Positions 1-6,160 of a stretch of DNA of 13,027 bases are shown here, in pieces. The notes under the pieces are model-generated. The model was given only the letters and a program-made list of their open reading frames with translations. It was not told the DNA's origin and made no database searches. Source of the DNA: Armatimonadota bacterium (GTDB taxonomy: Bacteria > Armatimonadota > Zipacnadia > Zipacnadales > UBA5352). The position numbers and the translations under genes were made by a program. Where the stretch lies: NCBI GenBank assembly GCA_034722055.1, contig JAYENL010000063.1:1-13027 (forward strand). Reading direction: 5' to 3'. Within the stretch, counting starts at the first letter, position 1. The number at the start of each line of letters is the position of its first letter.

Positions 1-4
1 GACA

Positions 5-44
5 GCAAACGGCTGGCGGGCAAGGCTGCCCGCCGCTCCGTACG
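5..44 (-). repeat. REP-like palindrome, type B, copy 1 (GGAG foot, 8-bp stem, 4-nt loop)
   Basis: Plus strand GCAAACGGCT-GGCGGGCA-AGGC-TGCCCGCC-GCTCCGTACG. 36/40 identical to 12734-12773. On the minus strand GGAGC precedes the stem. Confidence 0.75.
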
Positions 45-94
45 GCAGACGCAGCGCACCGAGCAGTCATGGAGGGGCCGGGCGCGAGTTCGTT

Positions 95-170
95 CCCCCT
101 CCCGCTTGCGCCACGTCGTGTGTGGCGCCAGGGAGGGGGGTGGGCCGAGCGAAGCTCGGGCCGGGGGGAG
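95..170. repeat. Composite palindromic intergenic element just downstream of the activase gene
   Basis: CCCCCTCCC (95-103) pairs with GGGAGGGGG (131-139); inner GCGCCAC (108-114) pairs with GTGGCGC (122-128); second hairpin CCGAGC-GAA-GCTCGG (145-159). No U-tract. Confidence 0.55.
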
Positions 171-182
171 GCCACGCGCCAG

Positions 183-1100
183 CTACGGCGGCAGCACGCT
201 CAGGCCGCGCTCGCGGCAGATCGCCTCCAGCCGCGCGACGCGCTCCGGGGACTGCCGAGTGGCGTCGGGCATGGGGTCGGTCTGGCCGACCCACGGATAC
301 TTGCCGCCGGTGGCGGGATTGAAGGGCAGCAGTGAGATGCACTCGGCGCCCAGGTCCGCCGCCAGCTCCGCCAGCTCAGCGACGGTGTGATCCTCGTCGG
401 TGATCCCCGGGATCAGCGGGACGCGCACGATGACATCCGCGCCCTCCTCGATGAGCCGGCGCAGGTTCTCGATGATCCGCTCATTCGAGGCGCCGGTGTG
501 CTGCTCGTGGATCGCCGGGTCGGGGTGCTTGAGGTCATACAGGAACAGGTCCACGGCCCCCGCGAGGCGCTGGAGCGTCTCCCAGGAGGTGAGCCCGCAG
601 GTCTCCATCGCCACGTGGATGCCGGCCTTGGCGCAGAGGGTCGCCACGGCGTACGCGAAGTTCGGCTGAGCGGTTGGCTCGCCGCCGGTGAGCGTCACGC
701 CTCCACCGGTGCGCTCGAAGAATGGCATCAGCCGCCGGGCGGCGTCGGCGATCTCGCCCGCGGTCACGGTCTCCCCGCAGATCTCCAGCGCCTCGGCCGG
801 GCAGATCGCCACGCAGGCCCCGCACAGGCGGCATCGCGTTCGGAGCTCGGGCTCGATGGGCCCGAACGCGCGGATGGCCTCCGGGCAGGCGTTCAAGCAG
901 GCCCCGCAGTACACGCAGCGCGTCTGGTACCACACGACCTCTGGCCGAGGGCTGTGGGACTCGGGGCTGTGGCACCAGGTGCAGCGCAGGGGGCAGCCCT
1001 TGAGGTAGAGGTTCATGCGCACGCCGGGGCCATCGTGGACGGCCGTCTCGTCGATGTCGAAGATGACGCCCTCCACCGCGCGCACCTCGTCGGACATCAC
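183..1100 (-). CDS. Glycyl-radical enzyme activating protein (radical SAM) with a 2x[4Fe-4S] ferredoxin insert
   Basis: HDGPGVR, KGCPLRCTWCHSPES (CxxxCxxC), ferredoxin motifs CVYCGACLNACP and CRLCGACVAICP, GGVTLTGGEP, ETCG, LFLYDLK, VRVPLIPG. Start is GTG at 1100 (overlapping the GRE TAG stop by 1 nt) or ATG at 1097; GAGGAG at 1112-1117. Confidence 0.95.
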   Translation of the reverse strand: MMSDEVRAVEGVIFDIDETAVHDGPGVRMNLYLKGCPLRCTWCHSPESHSPRPEVVWYQTRCVYCGACLNACPEAIRAFGPIEPELRTRCRLCGACVAICPAEALEICGETVTAGEIADAARRLMPFFERTGGGVTLTGGEPTAQPNFAYAVATLCAKAGIHVAMETCGLTSWETLQRLAGAVDLFLYDLKHPDPAIHEQHTGASNERIIENLRRLIEEGADVIVRVPLIPGITDEDHTVAELAELAADLGAECISLLPFNPATGGKYPWVGQTDPMPDATRQSPERVARLEAICRERGLSVLPP

Positions 1101-3454
1101 TACCAGCCCAGCTCCTCGCGCGCGATGACCTCCTCCTGGGCCTTGGGCGGCAGCAGCACGAAGGGCACCAGGTAGCCGCCGATGCGCACCAGCAGGTCCC
1201 GGTACTCATCCGGGCTCTCCTGCGCGGCGCGCATGGCCTCGGTGGAGGCGAGGTTGAACTGAAGCTGGTAGGCGCCGAGGTCCAGCGCGGCCTCCGAGAG
1301 GCCCTTGAGGGCGTCCACACCGTGGTCCTCGTCGAGCACGTTCGCCTGGAAGCGGACGTTGCAGGTGGTGCCGCCCAGCGCCCGGGAGTGGTCGAACCGC
1401 TCGGTGATGGAGCGCACCAGGGAGGGGAAGCCCTTCAGCTTCACCCCGGTGCAGCTCATGATGGAGTTGGCCAGCGGCTCGCCTGCGCGGCGGCCGTCGG
1501 GCGTGGCCGGCGTCATCTCGCCGTAGCGGATCCAGACCGTCCAGCCTAGAAAGCCCGGCAGGAAGGGCCCGCCCAGCAGATTCGTATGGCCCTCGATGAG
1601 GTCGCACCATCCCCCGGCGACCTCCCCGAACAGCTCGTTGACCAGCGGCTCATCATTCCCGTGCTTGGGGCACTCGCGCTGGATGGCCCGGCGGAGGTCC
1701 TCGTGGCCCTCGAAGTCCTCGCGGATCGCCGCGCGGAAGTCCTCGAGCGTGGCCTCCCCGCGCTGGGCAACCAGCGTGCGGATCGCGGCCAGCGCGTCTA
1801 CCACGTTGGAGACGCCGACCGCCTCCGGCTGGATGAAGTTATACAGCGCGCCGCCGTGGGAGATGTTCCGCCCGGTCTCAATGCAGCCCTCGATGAAGCA
1901 TGACAGCAGCGGGAAGGGCCGGTGCTGTGCCTGCAGGTGCAGGTCCCGGTTGCACTGGATGACGGCTCCATGGACGGCGTGGCCCAGCACGGCCATGAAG
2001 GCCGCGCGCAGCTCGGCGTACGTCTGCGGGACGCCGTTGCCGGGCCGTTTGGAGGGGCCGGTCTCCGTCCCGGCCCGGTCGTTTGCTGGCAAGGAACGAC
2101 CGCAGGCAGGGATGCCTGCGCCACGAGCAGTCCAACTCTGCGGCGGGTCGCTCAGCCGCAGACCCACGTCCGCGGCGAAGTCTCGGGCGTGGCCCTTCTC
2201 GGGATGCACGCCGCCGAAGAGCGCGTAGAGCAGGCACATGGCAACGTTGACGTAGGGCCAGGCCACGTGCGGGTTGGAGCGGCCCATGATGGAGGTCTCG
2301 GTGCAGGTGCTGGGCAGATGGTCCACGGCGTGCTCGAAGGGCACGCCCCGGCGCACCAGGCCCCTCACGATGACGTCGGAGTTGAACAGCGAGGGCTGGC
2401 CCCTGCCGTTGCGCAGCAGAGAGATCGCCCGGCGCATGAAGGCCTCGTCGATGTCCGCGTGCCAGGAGATGTCGATGCCCGGGAAGTACATCTGCACGCG
2501 GTCGGCCAGCTCCAGGATCCGCCAGGACAGCTCATTGGTGGCGTCGGAGCCGTCGGGCCGGCGGCCGCCGATGACCAGGATCACCGCGCTCATCGACGGG
2601 CCCTGGAACTCGTTGCACTTGATCAGCAGTTGCGCCAGGAGGTCCTCCGCCAGCTCTTCGTCGAGGGTCCCGGCCTGGCGCTCGGCCTCCCAGAAGCGCC
2701 ACAGCCACTGATCCAGCCGCCCCGGCCCGAAGCAGTGGTGGTGGGTGGAGTTCTCCAGCGCGCATCCCAGGAACATGAACCAGCCGAGCTGAATGGCCTC
2801 CCGGAAGCTGCGCGGGGGCTCGTGCGCCACGCGCCGGCAGACGCCCGCGATCTCCCGCAGCTCCTCCGCCCAGCGCTCGTCCTCAGCCTCACCGGCCATC
2901 TGCTCGGCGAGGTCGGCGTAGCGCTCGATGAGGGTCTGCAGGCCGGTCAGGGCGATCCGCGCCGCCTCGTAGAAGTCCTGCTTCTCCGGCGTCTGCGGGT
3001 CGCCCGGCACCAGCGCCCGCAGTGCATCGTCGATGCGCCGCAGGAGCCCATCCAGGCCCTGCTGGCAGACGGTGGGGTAGTCCGGCGCCATGTGCCCCTC
3101 GGAGACGAAGCCGCGCCAGTGCTGGCGCCCCAGGTACTCCCGCGCCTCCTGCAGCGTCTCGGCCATCTCCTCGTCAGGGTGCGTGTTGGGGTGCCAGCCG
3201 GCCAGGACCTCGCCCTCGCGGATGCGCACGGGCATCTGTTGGAAGAGCCGGGCCACGGCCTTCGCCACGCGCACCTGCCGGCGCGGCTCGCCCTCGGTCT
3301 CGCGGAAGCTCTCCGCCATGATGATGTCGCGCTCGTCGAAGCTGTTGGCGTCGGCGAGCACGTCCTCGCGCAGGGCCCGCGACCAGTCCGAGAGCCCGGA
3401 GGGGCCCACGGGCTGGGGGAGGGCGTCAGTTGTCCGGTCCGTGGTGACTGCCAT
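1100..3454 (-). CDS. Glycyl radical enzyme (PFL-like superfamily), substrate unknown
   Basis: C-terminal Gly loop YRDLLVRIGGY (Gly760), Cys loop LPSTCTET (Cys384, Glu386), GHMAPDY, PGRLDQ, PKHGND, ATPDGRRAGEPLA, QLQFN. AGGAG RBS at 3463-3467. Adjacent to a GRE activase. Confidence 0.95.
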   Translation of the reverse strand: MAVTTDRTTDALPQPVGPSGLSDWSRALREDVLADANSFDERDIIMAESFRETEGEPRRQVRVAKAVARLFQQMPVRIREGEVLAGWHPNTHPDEEMAETLQEAREYLGRQHWRGFVSEGHMAPDYPTVCQQGLDGLLRRIDDALRALVPGDPQTPEKQDFYEAARIALTGLQTLIERYADLAEQMAGEAEDERWAEELREIAGVCRRVAHEPPRSFREAIQLGWFMFLGCALENSTHHHCFGPGRLDQWLWRFWEAERQAGTLDEELAEDLLAQLLIKCNEFQGPSMSAVILVIGGRRPDGSDATNELSWRILELADRVQMYFPGIDISWHADIDEAFMRRAISLLRNGRGQPSLFNSDVIVRGLVRRGVPFEHAVDHLPSTCTETSIMGRSNPHVAWPYVNVAMCLLYALFGGVHPEKGHARDFAADVGLRLSDPPQSWTARGAGIPACGRSLPANDRAGTETGPSKRPGNGVPQTYAELRAAFMAVLGHAVHGAVIQCNRDLHLQAQHRPFPLLSCFIEGCIETGRNISHGGALYNFIQPEAVGVSNVVDALAAIRTLVAQRGEATLEDFRAAIREDFEGHEDLRRAIQRECPKHGNDEPLVNELFGEVAGGWCDLIEGHTNLLGGPFLPGFLGWTVWIRYGEMTPATPDGRRAGEPLANSIMSCTGVKLKGFPSLVRSITERFDHSRALGGTTCNVRFQANVLDEDHGVDALKGLSEAALDLGAYQLQFNLASTEAMRAAQESPDEYRDLLVRIGGYLVPFVLLPPKAQEEVIAREELGW
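2051..2124. repeat. REPIN-like triple hairpin lying in frame inside the GRE gene
   Basis: GGAG + GGGCCGG-8nt-CCGGCCC (2051-2076); CGGTCGTT...AACGACCG (2076-2102); CGCAGGCA-GGGA-TGCCTGCG + CCAC (2101-2124, read as GTGG + hairpin on minus). Confidence 0.7.
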
Positions 3455-3556
3455 CAGTCAGTCTCCTGAGAGCGTCGAATGCCTCCTGAACTCCCGCGCA
3501 ATGCGTACCACGAATACTCGTATCTGTGCGCCCTTGCCAACAACTGCTGCTACTCG

Positions 3557-3581
3557 GTGGCACGGACACTCTTGTCCGTGC
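3557..3581 (+). repeat. REP-like palindrome, type A (GTGG foot), between sulfatase and GRE
   Basis: GTG-GCACGGACA-CTCT-TGTCCGTGC, perfect 9-bp stem. Followed by GCCGTTGCCGTCA (3582-3594), whose reverse complement recurs at 12791-12803. Confidence 0.7.
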
Positions 3582-3630
3582 GCCGTTGCCGTCAGCTTTC
3601 AGCTTGAGACTTGTAGCTTGCGCCTCCCGT

Positions 3631-4959
3631 TCAGTCGAACGGCGCCCGCTGCTGTGAGATGAGCTGGTTCTGCCCCTCAGCCCAGGGGTCGAGGATCTCG
3701 CGCAGGTACCAGACCTCGTCCGGGTTCTCGTCGGCCAGGTTGGTCTGCTCGCTGAAGTCCTCGGTGATCTTTGACAGCCACACCGGCTCGGGGTTCTCGC
3801 GGCCGTCGCGGAAGATGCCGTTCAGCACCAGCTTCCAGTCCCCGCGGCGGATGGCGCGCTGGCCGCGGAGGTTCCAGGCGATCCAGTCATGCGGGTTCTC
3901 TGCGCCCTCGGTGAGCATGGGCAGGAGGCTGAGGCCGTCGAGGTCGTAGCGCCCGGGACCGCCGCCGGCCGCCTCCAGCATGGTCGGAAAGATGTCCATC
4001 ATGATGCCGACCTCGCTGGAGACCCGGCCGGCCGGGAAGGTGCCCGGCCAGCTCATGATGGCGGGCATGCGGATGCCGCCGTCCCAGAGCGTGCCCTTGG
4101 AGCCCCTCAGCCCGCCGGTGGTGCCGCCGTAGTAGGGGTCCCTGGTCCCGTCCATCCAGTTGCGCGTCTCGCGCGAGGGCCCGTTGTCGGATGAGAAGAA
4201 GATGATGGTGTCCTCGCGAATATCCGCGGCCTCCAGCTCGTCGAGGATCTCCCCGACGCCGTCGTCGATGCCCGCGATCATGGCCGCCATGACCTGCTTG
4301 TCCCAGGGCAGGTGGTCGAAGCGCGCCATGTACTCGGCCGGCGCGTGCATGGGGTAGTGCGGCGCGTTGTAGGAGGTGTAGAGGAAGAAGGGCTGCCCGT
4401 CGCGGGCCCGCTCGCGGATGAAGTTCACGGAGCGCTCGGTGATCATGGAGGTCATGTACTCCCCGTTGCGCCACACCTCCTCCCCGTTCTCCCACAGGTC
4501 GTGAAGGGGGTCCACGCCGCGGCCCTGCATGTAGTAGAACAGGTGCGAGTAGTAGTCGATGCAGCCGGCGAGGAAGCCGAACCACTCGTCGAAGCCGAAG
4601 TTGTGCGGCTGCGAGCGCGGGGTCACGCCCAGGTGCCACTTGCCGAACAGCGCGGTGCGGTAGCCCTCCTCGCGCAGCGCCGAGGCGATGGTGGGCTTGC
4701 CGTCGGGCAGGCCCTCGCTCCCGCGATCGCCCGGCAGCACGCCGTTGACGCCGGCGTGGTCGGGATACTGCCCGGTCATCAGCGAGGCCCGGGAGCCGGA
4801 GCACACCGCGCAGTTGGAGTACCAGTCGGTGAAGCGCACCCCCGAGTCCGCCAGGGCGTCCAGGTGCGGGGTGCGCACGTGCGTCTCGCCCATGCACGAC
4901 AGGTCGCCGTAGCCGAGGTCGTCGGTGTAAATGATGATGATGTTGGGGCGGTCAGCCAT
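3631..4959 (-). CDS. Formylglycine-dependent (S1) sulfatase / arylsulfatase A-like hydrolase, cytoplasmic
   Basis: RPNIIIIYTDDLGYGD, CSGSRASLMTG (Cys53), GYRTALFGKWHLG, PFFLY..YNAPHYP, SSDNG, KGTLWDGGIRMP, GDWKL. No signal peptide; GAGGAG upstream of the ATG. Confidence 0.93.
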   Translation of the reverse strand: MADRPNIIIIYTDDLGYGDLSCMGETHVRTPHLDALADSGVRFTDWYSNCAVCSGSRASLMTGQYPDHAGVNGVLPGDRGSEGLPDGKPTIASALREEGYRTALFGKWHLGVTPRSQPHNFGFDEWFGFLAGCIDYYSHLFYYMQGRGVDPLHDLWENGEEVWRNGEYMTSMITERSVNFIRERARDGQPFFLYTSYNAPHYPMHAPAEYMARFDHLPWDKQVMAAMIAGIDDGVGEILDELEAADIREDTIIFFSSDNGPSRETRNWMDGTRDPYYGGTTGGLRGSKGTLWDGGIRMPAIMSWPGTFPAGRVSSEVGIMMDIFPTMLEAAGGGPGRYDLDGLSLLPMLTEGAENPHDWIAWNLRGQRAIRRGDWKLVLNGIFRDGRENPEPVWLSKITEDFSEQTNLADENPDEVWYLREILDPWAEGQNQLISQQRAPFD

Positions 4960-5080
4960 GCGAACGGTCTCCTCTCAGTCGCCGACTTCCAGCCAGCAGC
5001 GATAGCCTTCGAGAGCCGCGTAGGTTTTCCTTCACCGCACGCCCTCGTGTCACGCCGCCGCGATGGCGGGTGCGACGGCA

Positions 5081-6097
5081 TCAGGCCTCAGGCCACTGCA
5101 GGATCACGCCCAGGCAGGGCTCGCCTTCGCCGATGGCCGTCAGGTAGGCCGTCTCCGGCTCGGAGAAGGGCAATCGGTGGGTGATCATGGCGTCGAGGGC
5201 GAGGGCGTCCTCGGCGGCGAGCCGCAAGAACAGCCGGCCGTTGGCGTGGCGGTCCCAGCGGTTGCGAGGGTCGCCCGGCTCCGGGTGGGCGGAGACGATG
5301 GCGCCCACGCAGGTGAGGGCCTTGAGGTGCAGGGCCATCATGTCCACCTCCGCCGGCCACCGGGCCGAGCCCAGGGCAACCACCGTCCCGAACCTGCGCG
5401 CCAGAGCGAAGGCGGTGTCGTAGGTCTCCGTGAGGCCGGTGACCTCGTAGACGATGTCGGCTCCGCGGCCGCCGGTCAGCTCCCGGACGCGCTCCGGCGC
5501 GTCCTCCCGCCGGGGGTTGACGGCATGGGTGATGACCCCCGCCTCGCTGGCCAGCTCCAGCCGGAAGTCATCCAGGTCCAGGCCAATGACCGCCCCCGCT
5601 CCGGCCAGGCTGAGGTAGCGGCAGGCGAGCTGGCCCAGCACCCCCAGGCCGATGACCGCGACCTCCTCGCCGAGCTGCGGGTGCGCCATGCGCACACCGT
5701 TGAGCACCGTGCAGCCCAGCACGCAGAAGGTGGCCTGCTCGTCGCTGACGCCCCCGGGGATCTGCCACAGCGCGGGATGCTCCTCGGGGAGGACGCTCAG
5801 CAGCCGATGGGGGCTGCTGGAGACCACGCGGTCGCCGACCTGAAGGCGGGTAACGCTCTCGCCCACCTCCTCCACCACACCCGCGTTGGAGTAGCCCGGC
5901 GTGGTGGGATACCGCGGCATCACGGAGCCGTCGGCGCGGTGCCACTGGCGGCCGACGTAGCTGGCCCCCTCGGTGCCGGCGCTGATGAGCGAGCGGCGGG
6001 TGCGCACGCGAATCTGGTGGGGGCCGAGCGGGGGCACGTCGGCGTCCTGGATCTCTACGTGGCGCGGCGCGATAAAGGTGATCTGCGGGTTGGTCAT
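5081..6097 (-). CDS. Medium-chain dehydrogenase/reductase (GroES + Rossmann; ISAGTE / GYS subfamily)
   Basis: SLISAGTE, YPTTPGYSNAGVV, GDRV, Rossmann VIGLGVLG followed by an acidic residue (GLDLD, suggests NAD), GADIVYEVTG, MITHRLPF. Start moved from 6148 to ATG 6097 (GGGGG SD at 6104-6108), 338 aa. Confidence 0.9.
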   Translation of the reverse strand: MTNPQITFIAPRHVEIQDADVPPLGPHQIRVRTRRSLISAGTEGASYVGRQWHRADGSVMPRYPTTPGYSNAGVVEEVGESVTRLQVGDRVVSSSPHRLLSVLPEEHPALWQIPGGVSDEQATFCVLGCTVLNGVRMAHPQLGEEVAVIGLGVLGQLACRYLSLAGAGAVIGLDLDDFRLELASEAGVITHAVNPRREDAPERVRELTGGRGADIVYEVTGLTETYDTAFALARRFGTVVALGSARWPAEVDMMALHLKALTCVGAIVSAHPEPGDPRNRWDRHANGRLFLRLAAEDALALDAMITHRLPFSEPETAYLTAIGEGEPCLGVILQWPEA

Positions 6098-6160
6098 GTG
6101 GCACCCCCGGCTGTGAGTGTGCGGGCCGTCAGGCCCCTGAGGTGCCACTGTTCGCCGCGG

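Noticed and set aside
183..1100. Radical SAM protein as anaerobic sulfatase maturase (anSME)
   Set aside because: It has the HDGPG/GCPLRC GRE-activase signature and no C-terminal SPASM cysteine cluster.
1100..3454. Calling the GRE pyruvate formate-lyase (pflB), cutC, hypD or islA
   Set aside because: No Cys-Cys pair, the activase has a ferredoxin insert unlike PflA, and the Cys loop does not match the GCVE-type signature; no specific symbol is supportable.
3496..3510. Sigma54 promoter TGGTACG-CATT-GCGC upstream of the GRE (minus strand)
   Set aside because: GG/GC spacing is right but the conserved TT before GC is missing, and no enhancer-binding protein gene is in the window.
3560..3600. 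Intrinsic terminator call for the 3560-3581 hairpin
   Set aside because: No U-tract follows the stem on the coding (minus) strand; it is better explained as a REP-like repeat.
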